NCBI RefSeq assembly: GCF_964355755.1
Contig: NC_092671.1
Location: 36,218,304-36,282,303 of the forward strand
Direction: 5' to 3'
DNA: 64,000 nt
DNA from: Antedon mediterranea
Lineage: Eukaryota > Animalia > Echinodermata
Shown here: piece by piece, positions 51,499-63,081 of the stretch
How positions within the stretch are numbered: position 1 is the stretch's first letter
How the letters are laid out: each line of letters begins with the position of its first letter
Position numbers and translations under genes: made by a program
The notes under the pieces: model-generated
Seen by the model: only the letters and a program-made list of their open reading frames with translations
What the model was told of the DNA's origin: nothing
The model's database searches: none

Positions 51499-52372
51499 TT
51501 AAACAACTCCAGGACGTCGTGGTGGTGGTCCTACTGGTCCTACTGGTCGAGCTCCACTTGGCATTTCACAGATAAACGCCTGGATGTTTTGCTTGGCGGC
51601 ACAGGTGGTTGGGCTCCAGATATAATTGCCTAATTGGTTGTTTTGTGTGTGTATAACACATGATCCTAAAAAACAAAAACATATTGTTACATTACACAGG
51701 TTGTAATATATTGGTTTTTAAAATACTTTAATGGTCTTTGACATTTATTTACATTCATCACTATGTCTTTGAATTAACATTCATCACTTACCACCACCAC
51801 CTGAGGGCAGGATTTGTGTTCTGAAATTACTATATGGTGGTACTGTATTCCTGTTCCGGACTGTTGTCCGGCGTTTTTTTTAATACTTTAATGTCTTTTA
51901 ATTTTATTCATTACTTACCGGGATTCGCTTGGGGTAGGCGTGGTGTTGCAAAATTACTATATGGCGTTACTAGTGGTGCGGGTGTTATTCCGAATCCGGG
52001 AAGTTGTCCTTGCTGTCCGAGCTGTTTTCCGTCACCCCATACCCACCAATTAGCGCTTGAGCCAGTGTTGGGGTTCATGACCGGTTGAAGTCTCAGGTTA
52101 ATCCAGAATGATGGCAATTGCCGTTGTCCTTCTGCTGCAAACATGCTTAGGTATTTTTGAAGGAAAATCGATTCTTGGAGAGATTCGATCTGAACGATTC
52201 GAGCCATATCGCCATTACAGTTACCATGATCCATACAAACACCGGAAGCGTCATCAAAGGAGGCTACTCCCCTAAAATATCTATAACATGATCTTCCTCC
52301 TGATGTCCATAGTGGTGGGCAGTTTGCCGCCGCAACAGCGATCAGAGCGAAAAGCGTTACAAACGACTTCAT
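51499..52372 (-). CDS. Secreted C-type lectin-domain protein (CTL4), paralogue of CTL3, ~206 aa (optional 51-nt internal exon)
   Basis: Exon 1 51919-52372, with N-terminus almost identical to CTL3. Last exon 51499-51665 reads GSCVIHTQNNQLGNYIWSPTTCAAKQNIQAFICEMPSGARPVGPVGPPPRRPGVV*. Possible extra in-frame exon at 51792-51842. Confidence 0.86.
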
Positions 52373-53486
52373 GATGGAAATTGAAACGAGTTGTCAAACA
52401 GAAGACTTTAGTGCTAACAAACAACCAACCAACTGAATCAACTTTTTAGTCCGCAAATGTTCTTAAATGAAGTAAGTAGGTGGAGCTACGGCAAAACGTG
52501 TTACTTCCCATGTCACTGCGAATACACAAGCGCGCGAAGTACGCAGAGGCCTTGATCCAATAAGAACAAGCGATTTAAAGTGATTCATTCTAGGTAAGTG
52601 ACGTGTAAACAGTTTCTGCGGATGTTTAAAGTATCGATCATAGGAAATAGCTAATCATATCTTTTTAGAAAGTGAATAATAAGACCAAAGCTTGAGTTTT
52701 TCAATAATTTCAACAAAGATGGAGTATTATTACTATACATTTGGGACACCCCTATTCAAGGGGACACTAAGGTCGAAGGTGTCCCTATAATAATATGTTT
52801 TACTGTATTGTTTTATATCTATTAAATTGGTTTCTATATGAAACATGAACAACAGGTTGGAGTATGATTATAATTGGTAGTATACTATCGTTTTATTTAT
52901 TTGTTGACATAATATAATTGTTTATGTTTTTCTTCCCGGCGCACACGTGTACAAAATGCAAAATAACTAAAAAATATAACAACATTATGGTAAATGGGAA
53001 GACATACGTTATCAGGGAAAGAATTAGAATGTCAATATGGATAGTCTTGTGTGACTTTCTGTCATTGTTATCCTTTAAACTTTTTCGGAATTTTTTTCGT
53101 TTTTAATTATTAAATTAATGTCTACTTAAATAATCATTTACTAAGAGTAGTATCAGTTTAACATATTCTATGTATAAATATACATAACAATTAATGATAA
53201 AGGGGAAAATATCTACATATCCAGGAAAGAAATGTTTTCTCAATGTTGTAGAGAAAAAAAAATAGACCGCAAAAAACAGGTACCAAAAAATCTTAACTTA
53301 TATGAAGAATAATCAGTCAAATGTCTTTCTATAGGTGGCGGTAGTCATTAATAGTTTTCCGAGTTCAATATCAGAACTTTTGTTGTTTTAACAATTTAAC
53401 GATTTAACAAGCACGAATGTGCAATACTCGGGGTACAGCGAAAGAAGCTGTATACAGACGTATACAGTTAGAAAGTAAAGAAAATA

Positions 53487-53557
53487 GGTTTCGCCAGGGC
53501 TCGAACCGGGACCTTCTGCGTGTTAAGCAGACTTGACAACCACTACACTACGAAACC
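53487..53557 (-). pseudogene. tRNA-Val(AAC) degenerate copy
   Basis: Reverse complement GGTTTCGTAGTGTAGTGGTTGTCAAGTCTGCTTAACACGCAGAAGGTCCCGGTTCGAGCCCTGGCGAAACC. Acceptor stem, A/B boxes and AAC anticodon are present; D- and T-stems have mismatches. Confidence 0.75.
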
Positions 53558-53769
53558 TCTTACATTAAAAATGTGGGTTACAGAAAGTTTTTTAATCCAT
53601 TTAAATTACAAATAAATGGTAATAAGCACAAAGCAAAATAAACATGTGTAAAAGTGATAATTACCGATTACACAAAATAAGTATTTTAAAAAATAATAAA
53701 AATAAGATATACTCTGTATAATTATCATATTGCGTATACAGTACTTTTCACCATAAATTAAAAAAAAAA

Positions 53770-53841
53770 GGTTTCGTCCGGGCTCGAACCAGGTACCTTC
53801 TGCGTGTTAAGCAAACGTGATAACCACTACGCCAAGAATCC
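53770..53841 (-). pseudogene. tRNA-Val(AAC) degenerate copy with poly-T terminator
   Basis: Reverse complement GGATTCTTGGCGTAGTGGTTATCACGTTTGCTTAACACGCAGAAGGTACCTGGTTCGAGCCCGGACGAAACC, followed by a T run. Two acceptor-stem mismatches. Confidence 0.7.
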
Positions 53842-55974
53842 GCATATAACCATATAACTACATAACGCTGTGGTGTGTGTCACACATTGTGGCTTCTTAA
53901 TTAAACAAATTAATTAACAAAAAATTAAAAATCCGGCTCTATAGCTTTGAGGAAATGTCCCTGTAGTATGTTCATGCCAAATCCCAGCTCAATACTATAA
54001 CGAATAAGGGAGGAGTAGTACTTTAAAAATCGCACTTTTTACTCAATAGTGTCCAGACGGAGGAAGCGAAGGAGAAAATGAGTAAGTACTAGACTCGGGT
54101 ACCCCCCGAGTAAAAATCGTTTCTACAGGTGGCGCTAGTCAATAAGAATGCTTAGATGAGGACCGTAGACTCAAATATTAATATCAAATCCTAATTATTT
54201 TTGACAAAAAAAAAGTGGGGGAGGGAAGACGATACAAACACGAAAACGATAAAAAGATTACCAAAAAAGGGGAGAAATAGACCAAAAATGATGACAAAAA
54301 ATATTAATATAATTAATATAACAATATGTATCTACAGTATATATCAATTTACGTAAGGGCAAAATCCGGTAAATCGCGCGTTACTTCTAGAATGTTTACT
54401 CGGTGGTATATAAAAATGGTTCGTACTTTCGGTGCTGATTTTAACCAATTCCAATATCTCAGTCTCTCTCAGTATAATTATTTGGTTTAACACAAGTAGG
54501 TAAATTTATTGGTCCTTAGGGGATAAACTTAACACCTTTAGATATAGAATTGCAATTTTGATAATACTGTAAATACGTATTACACATTTAAATGTCCATG
54601 ATTATTTTTTCGCACCAATGTGAACTTTTGCGAGGTGACGCTTGAGATTGGTCAACTCATGTTCGTGATTGCGTCGGCGTCTAAAAGTGGGCACCAATAT
54701 TTAGAGAGGGGAGAGATGGGGGAGGGGTGATTAGGGGGGGGGGAGGAGCAGGTAAATATAATTGCTGCACAACACATCGTTTAATTCTATTCATTAAGCC
54801 ACAAATTACTTCTAACCAATAATTCGCATTATAGTGTCTTTACACTGGCAGTGAGCGTGACCATGGATTCTATTTACAGAAGATAACGATACACCATACT
54901 GTGTCTGATTGATTGTTTCGTTCGTGCATAGTATTGTAAAGAGCCGTGGACGTGATGACCTTGTGTCTCTCAGTCTACTCTTAAATGTCGATCATAATAC
55001 AGAAAACAATAGACATAATAATAACGGGGTTATATATTGACTGATAATGTACTGTATCTAATAGATATTGTCCTCCAAAAACATGAAAAATGAAGATTAA
55101 TTAAATCAGACTTTGAATAGGTAGTATTTTGTAGGTTGATAAATTAATTTCTTTCGTTTAAAAAAACAAAATGTTTTCACTTTTATAAAATAAAAACATA
55201 AATTTAACCAAAAACCCACTGGCTTTGTTTTTCCATCCAATTTTTGGTCAAAGTGAATAACTATTATGTGACATTAAAATGGCATATTAAAAAAAATTAA
55301 GAATTATTTTTTCAGGTAGACAATACATCTTTAAAGCTAACTCTAGTGACACCGGACCAAAACATACCATCGTAAAATGCTAGTGGTCTAATGATAGTGT
55401 GATGTTCCCAAATATGGCAGTGATATGCCCAAATATGGTAGTGATATGCCCAAACATGGTAGTGATATGACATCATCATGTCCATATATAGCCACATTTT
55501 TTGTCACAACAGTTTTATAGTGTAGACAGAGCTTATACACACCTGGTATGTTGAATAAAAACACAAAATGCTAGAATAGGAAAGACTAGAATAAGGAGGA
55601 GTTCAGAAAACATTCGACGTCCGACAAAACAATTTAACGACATTTAATATCAACAACGTTAATAATTAATTGTTGGTTCATCAGTTCAAGTCTTAATTTA
55701 TTCCATCTATGCATAATAATAATAATCATTGCATTATCACCATGCGAGGTATATACATCGTCCAATGGAAAGAATATAAAAAAGTCGTTGGCCAGTAACA
55801 AATACGGGAATTCGCGAAGAACAATAGGCCTACAAGTTCCCATAATAGAAGAACTGCGGGTGTTAAATACACCATTGAATCAAACTAGTTGTCTTTATTA
55901 CGCACTCCATTATAATACAAGACACGATACCATTTAGTATCATTAAGACTCGATTGAATTCATTCAGAGTCGAC

Positions 55975-58145
55975 ATGAACAGGACACAGAAACGACGAAA
56001 TTCGTTAGCGATTCCAGTACCGTCGTCGCCACGTGAATTCGGAGTCGGCGGTAAGAACGGAACACAGGAACGACGAAATTCGTTAACGATTCCAGTAACG
56101 TCGCCACGTGAAATCAGAGTCGGTGGTAAGAACGGAACACAGAAACGACGGAATTCGTTAGCGATTCCAGTAACGTCGCCACGTGAAATCGGAGTCGGTG
56201 GTAAGAACGGAACACAGAAACGACGGAATTCGTTAGCGATTCCAGTAACGTCGCCACGTGAAATCGGAGTCGGTGGTAAGAACGGAACACAGGAACTACG
56301 AAATTCGTTAACGATTCCAGTACCGTCGTCACGCGAATTCGGAGTCGGCGGTAAGAACGGAACACAGAAACGACGAAATTCGTTAGCGATCCCAGTAACG
56401 TCGCCACGTCCTTCTTCTATAGAAGCTCGTAGAAAATCAGCGGACAGTGGTTTGTTGCCCAGGCCTACATCTAGCTCTGACGATCAACCTGTACTTCAAG
56501 TTCCGAACAGCTTCAACAGCAGGCGGAGGTCTTCCATATCGCATAACATCGAGAGGTTAACAAATGCTAGAGATGCAAGGACCGCTGCCATTGAAAATCT
56601 CGTGGTTACAAATAAAAAAAAACAAGATAAAGCAATGGAAAAAAAATACACCCAGAAGGTAAGAAATTTGGTTGTGAAATTCAAATTGAAAAATAATATA
56701 TCATCTTTTCAAGGTTATATAGATATTCATGAACAATATTATTTATTTTTATACCTACTGTGTAGGCCTATAATATCTCACGTCTACCGTTTGAAATGTA
56801 ACTAGATTTGAACTCGTCACTTTGACGAGTTAGTTATCCGCACAACAAACGCCACGTGCACGTCATACATTAGAAAATGCGCAGAGCCTGTAAATTAAAT
56901 TTATATGATATATAGAGACAGTTTCTTGTTCGCAAATGTTTGGTATTGTCCATTTGTATAATACATGTGAAATCACATCCGTATTTATACTGGGAAGGTT
57001 TTAAACTATACTTTTAAAATAAATTCAAAAATTAAAGTACAGGCCATCTGGCAGTGGCGTAACGGCTAGAGCGTTCACTGGCTAAACCCAGGGGGCCCAT
57101 AAGCAGCGGACCAGGGAAAAAACAGGCATATCCCAAAAAAGGCTAAAAACGCCCAGCATTGGAGTACCACTTAGGGTTCCTAAACCAGGGGCCTCATGTC
57201 TCTTCGTAACGCAACTGCTTTCTGGGGCGCGTGTCTTTGCGAGTCAATACAATTAAAGAATGCAGGGCCAAATGTACGTCACATGCGGCGGGAACGATTA
57301 CTTAATATGATTTCTACTACTAGGCCTACTACTTATAATAATTACTAAAATGGAAGGTATAAAAATAATAACTAAGATTCCTTTTTGTAACAGCCATACA
57401 AATTATAAGCGAAGTTACAGAACGTCTCGAAACCTGGTTGTTACAAAAGAAATATTTGTTATACCTATTGTATAACCAAATGACATTTGTCCAACATATA
57501 AATATAATGTACATTTATTTACAATAGACATCCGACGAAAAATTGAAGAGTGACGATACAAGATTGAAAACACCTAAAAGCAACTGGAAGAAAGCAGATC
57601 CAATAGGCCTACAACAACCAGACATGAAGAAAAAAACAATAGAACAATCATCGGGAAAAACAGTAAAAAACCAAAGTATAAACTCACAACGAAGACGTTC
57701 AGTGGTAACAGGACTTATTGATGTTTCCGGGGAGCCTATAAACCTCGCGGCTTTAATGGAAAAACAAAAATTACCTAATGATGAACAAGCAAATAACTCG
57801 AACAGCAAAATAGAAGCAGGTACCGACGTACATGGTACACGAAAACCGAATTCAAAAAAGAATTCTATTCGTACGATGGAACAAATCGTTAACGACGTGG
57901 AAGAAGAGTTAAAGGAACGGATAGATAAACGGAAAGCGGCAGAGGCTCGTTATAATACAAGGCTATACGACTCGACGTCCCGGAATCAGTTTTATCTCCC
58001 GCCTCAACTACATCAACGTAACCAAACGCGCAGAGGGTCCATTCAACTTAAAAAGTTTCTAGAAAGTGTTAACGATGAAAGACGTACAATTGAAATTATT
58101 GAAATGAACGAAATTAGATTAAAAAATGCAAAAGAAGGACTATGA
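55975..58145 (+). CDS. Uncharacterised basic, low-complexity protein with six 25-aa tandem repeats, 2 exons, ~433 aa
   Basis: Exon 55975-56658 (donor AAG|gtaaga) joins in phase 0 to exon 57528-58145 (acceptor tacaatag|ACA). The 75-bp repeat keeps an open frame. The true start could be upstream, since an acceptor-like ttcag lies near 55967. Confidence 0.65.
57052..57217. mobile_element. hAT-like MITE (CAGTGGCGTAAC TIR)
   Basis: cagtggcgtaac ... gtaacgcaactg with an imperfect 8-bp flank repeat, ccatctgg/ctttctgg. Confidence 0.55.
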
Positions 58146-59412
58146 ATAGAATAATGCACCCGTCCGTCTAATGGACGGACACCATCTTATAATGATTGTA
58201 AGTTCGGGAATAAAAAAAGATCTACAGTTATATAGTATAGTACAATGCAGTATACACACATCTGGGTGTATAGTGGCGAGAGGTACATTATACAGTATTG
58301 ATATTAGAAGCAAGATAAAGTGAATAAGTTAATAATATTCTTCTTTATATTTAATTAACCTAATAATAATAATGAAAAACAATATAATAAATGAATAGAA
58401 TAGTTCTATTACGTAATATCAGCGAAGAGTGCAATTTTACTCTTCCCTTGTAATAATTATAAAATACAATTGTAAAACAGACGTATACGCTTCGGGTTTA
58501 TTTATTTAAGTTATAGATCCAGGTTTTTGAAAACAAAAAACACTCTTTTTTGTCTTTGTAAAGCTCTGTCTACACTATCACTACTCCCGTGTCATACTTA
58601 TATGGTTTTTTTTTGTTATGTAGAAAGATAATAATAAAATCAAACTTGACAAAATAAAGTGTGATATGCTCAAATATGGTAGGTGATATGCCCAAATATG
58701 GTAGTAATATGACATCATCATGTATGGGCACATCACATTTTTTTGTCACATAAAGTTTGATAGTGTAGACAGAGCTTAACACTACAAAGAATTTTGTTTT
58801 GACAGCAATATCAATTTAGAAAGATACCAGCATATATAAACTGGCTAAACATGGCAAAAAGTATACAGTAACATTATAAAGAGTTTATTATATCCTTGAG
58901 GACAGGTATGTATAGAATTTGGCACAAACGAATTTCTAAAACGTTGCACTGTCAAACAAATCCAGAATTGAATATACAGTTATTAGCAGTTCAGTGTTAT
59001 GCTTAGAAACGATACCAAATCTGTGAGTTAAAAATAAAAGTATCCATTAAAAAATCTTGTAGCAATTTAGTTGCTAATTAAACTAAATTTTTAGTTCAGA
59101 AGCATAGTTTTGTTTTGTATTTTATGTTATGAAATAGGCCTAATAGCAGTAAGGTAGTTTGGTATTATTATAGCTTTTTGATATTGGCGAAACTATTCCC
59201 TCCCTGTATCCTAAAACCTAATTCGATTCGAAAACATTAATAATAAGATATACAGAACATTTCTTCTATTTCTAAATACGGAAATCAGCTGTGGTTAAAG
59301 AGAAATGATGAGGAAATAGAGAAAATATAAGCCGACTTTCTTATATCTATGGATAAGGATTACTCAACCGGCCGACTGGTGGCGCTAATTCCTCTAGCGA
59401 TTCGATCATTTT

Positions 59413-59425
59413 GTTGCTGAGTAAC
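59413..59425 (+). promoter_or_regulatory. Candidate RFX X-box near the LRRD1 5' end
   Basis: GTTGCT-G-AGTAAC is close to the GTNRCC-N(0-3)-RGYAAC consensus and lies upstream of a putative donor gaaag|gttagt (~59517). Confidence 0.4.
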
Positions 59426-60083
59426 AACACATGATAAACAATAACAATACCGAGAAACACAACCACCACAATTAATACTAAAATAGTACAACTCTGCTAT
59501 ATATATGATAATGAAAGGTTAGTATCATAAACGTACCCACTATCTACAGTCTAATAGATCCTACATGAGTTCATTATAACATAATAAGGTGCTAATGATC
59601 TGAAATGAAGTCCTTGTCTGCCACATCCCTACTAGCCTATAGGCCTAGCCTACTTACTAGTAGGCCTAGGCTAGGCCTACCAGCTAGCTAGGCTAGGCTG
59701 CTACTACTAGCCTGAGTCTAGGCCCTATCCTATCATAATATTAATAGTTAGGCCTAGGCTACATTCACCACTAGGCCTAGATTAGATTAGGTAGGCAAGC
59801 AATAGTGCAGGGTATACTTTTCGCTAGTTCCAGGCATGCCTAGTAAGCTAGGCCTATTAATGCCAATGGGAAAGTTACAAGAAGTGTCCCCTTGTTGATT
59901 ATTTTAAACAATAATAGGCCTAGCTAGGCCATTCTCTAGATTAGATGGTGGTAATATAATATTAAAATTACCCAACAAGAAGCAAGTTACAGTACTCGTT
60001 CATTTGGCGTAGATCTAATTAAATCTAATCTATCAATTTCAAAAAAGGGAATTTAATTGAAACAAAATTTTATTTTCTAGACA

Positions 60084-63081
60084 ATGAATTACGAAAATGA
60101 CATAAACATGTGCGATTTAGAAGCTTCCACAGAACTACAATTAATCTCTGATGACCTAGTGGAAGTTAAGCAAAACGACAGTAGCAACCAAACTGACCAT
60201 AAGTATGACCACATTTCAGATGAAGTGTTTATCAACGGTCAAGGCAAATACTGCTTAGATCTAAGTGAAAGCGGGTTAGAGCAATTACCTGATCAAGTAT
60301 GCTCAATTGACTACCTACAGTGCTTGCTACTTACAAATAATAATTTGGAAGAGTTATCTTCTAAGGCATCATCCATCACTGATCTGGAGATACTAGTATT
60401 ACAGTTCAACAGCCTATTTCATGTCCCTAAAGTCATTTTCAATTTACAGATTCTACAAATTCTAGATCTCAGCTCAAATGAAATTGTGAAACTTCCAGCA
60501 GAAATTTCACAATTAAAAGGTTTAAAGCAATTATTTGTAAATGATAATCGTCTGGAAGAAATTCCTGAAGAGTTGTGTTCCTTAGTTGATCTAACCGCTT
60601 TCTGCGCAAACCAAAACCAGCTTAAATCGCTGCCATCAGCGATCTCACGTTTGCGTAACCTACGTGTGCTTGCTTTGAACAATAACCGCCTTCAAAGATT
60701 ACCTAAGGAGGTATGTCTACTCGACCAGCTCGTGAAGTTGACCGTGTCTGGCAATTCTCTTCAAACTTTACCAGCTGACATTGAATTTTTTTTCAATCTA
60801 ATTGAGTTACATTTGGATAGTAACTGCTTAGAATATTTGCCAATACAGATGTACTGGTTACCTGAATTACAAGAGCTTAACCTTTCAAACAATTGTCTGA
60901 GAGAACTTTCAACTGAAATCAACCAACTGGACAAATTAAGAATCTTAAAACTGAATAACAACAAACTTAGAACATTACCTACGAGTCTCTGCCAACTATC
61001 TGAACTTAATGTTTTGGGTTTGAATGGTAATCAACTTGAACGTTTACCTAAAGGTATTCATCATCTACATAAACTGCAAGAGCTTTACTTGGACAACAAC
61101 AGCTTCAAATCTCTACCGGATGAGTTGTCTTTGCTGTCTAATCTTAGAGTAATTGATGTTAATGGAAATAAGCTTGACAGTATACCTGTTGAGTTCTCAA
61201 ATCTTAAGTACACTCAACAATTATCAATGTGTTCTAACATATTTAAATCTCTGCCGCTTGCTGCGTGTTCCATGCGGAAGATGGAAGTGCTAGCATTAGA
61301 TAACAATGTGCTGACCAGCATGATACCAGAAATCTCAGAGATGGAATCCTTACACACTGTCACCCTGTCCTCAAACAGTTTCAAAGACTTTCCTTTTGAG
61401 CTGACACACATACGATCTCTAACAACTATCAATTTAAGTGACAATCTTCTTTCCAACTTGCCATCCCAGATTCGACACCTGAGTAACTTAAAACATTTAG
61501 ACTTGACCAAAAACCAATTTACAACTATGCCTGAAGAAATTTGTAAACTGGAAAAGCTAGAAAAGCTGGCGATGGCCGAAAACAGCATCACAAAACTTCC
61601 TGAAGACATCAGCACGATGACGTCATTAACAACTCTGGACCTATCAAACAACAACTTCAAAACCTTTCCAATAGAGGTGTGTGGCTTACCAGCCATAGAG
61701 GTGTTGATCTACAAACAGGCTTTAGGATGCAAAAGCACATTTATACCAGATAACATCAAAGACCTTGGATTACTTAAAGAACTATATGTGGATGATAATG
61801 TTCTAGAAACATTACCAAAAACAATTTCAAAGTTGCAGAATTTGATAATCCTCTCTTGCCGAAACAATAACATTTCTAGACTCCCCAACTCGTTTGCTGA
61901 ACTTCAATCTTTACGTTGCTTGGACTTGGAAAATAATCAACTGAGTGATCTCCCAAGAGGTTTTGATAAGTTGACCAACTTACACCAGTTAAAGCTTGAG
62001 TTGAACCCATTAACTCATCCACCATCGCAAATATGTGATGGAGGTGCAATGCAACCTATTTCAAGGTTTTTAATGGCTGCTGCAGCCCATCAAGGTACTA
62101 ACATAAGCATATATATAATTTAATTTCATATTCTGTAAAAACATAATTGAAATTCTTCTATAATGACCAAGTATAATCCCATGCTTGTTCAAGTATAATC
62201 CCACCTCCTGATTTAGGCTAAATTCAGACACAAGACTTTGGTAAATCCATTGTTTAATCCAAGTATAATCCCATGCTTGTTCAAGTAAAATCCCACCACC
62301 TGATTTAGGCTAAATTCAGACAAGACTTTGGTAAATCCATTGTTTAATCCAAGTATAATCCCATGCTTGATCAAGTATAATCTCACCACCTGATTTAGGC
62401 TAAATTCAGACAAGACTTTGGTAAATCCATTGTTTAATCCAAGTATAATCCCATGCTTGTTCAAGTAAAATCCCACCACCTGATTTAGGCTAAATTCAGA
62501 CAAGACTTTGGTAAATGCATTGTTTAATCCAAGTACTGTATAATCCCACCTCCTGATTTTTGCACAAGGCCTTCTAAGACTCTGACATTCATTCAATTTA
62601 ATTTATTTCCACATACACCACCCACATATGGAAGATGCATATCAAATATAAGATCTGTGCTACGCATTAATAATAATAATAATGTAGCATGGCACCATGA
62701 CTAAAGTGATGTGTTTTATGTTGTTTTACAAACTACCAAACCCTCTGTAAATAGTCTTAATTATTAAAAATCACTTTTTATTATGCAGATGCGCTGTTGA
62801 AGAAGATGTTTGAGTGCGTTTCGTACAACATGCGCGAGCGTGAAGCGAAGGAACTGATGCGTGTCTTTCGTTTCAGTAAGGACGTTACTGAATCAATTGA
62901 GAAAGAGTACAAAGAAGACACGCGTAGTATGGTGCTCCACGTACTCAAAAGGTGGCGTAAATCGCGACAGAAAAATGCAAATGCATCCGAGTTAATACGA
63001 TATATCGGTCTAATAATGATGCCCGTCTTGGCAAAAAAACTGTGTTCTATTAATTTGTATGCGCAATCACACAAACTATAA
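60084..63081 (+). CDS. LRRD1: Leucine-rich repeat and C-terminal death domain protein, ~767 aa
   Basis: Exon 60084-62094 has ~25 LxxLxLxxNxLxxLP repeats ending in NPLTHPP. A phase-1 intron joins exon 62789-63081, encoding a death-domain-like helical region (VLHVLKRW...ELIRYI...INLYAQSHKL) that resembles the LRRD1 C-terminus as recalled. The acceptor tttctag at 60080 implies an upstream exon. Confidence 0.75.
62167..62557. repeat. 90-bp minisatellite (~4.3 copies) in the LRRD1 intron
   Basis: ccaagta(t/c) recurs at 62167, 62259, 62349, 62439 and 62529. Confidence 0.92.

Noticed and set aside
53487-53841. Functional tRNA-Val genes
   Set aside because: Both copies have stem mismatches (D/T stems in one, acceptor stem in the other), so they were called pseudogenes.
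60419-61696. Minus-strand ORFs within the LRR gene
   Set aside because: Antisense shadows of the long LRR exon.
62213-62596. 127-aa repetitive ORF
   Set aside because: Translation of the 90-bp intronic minisatellite.
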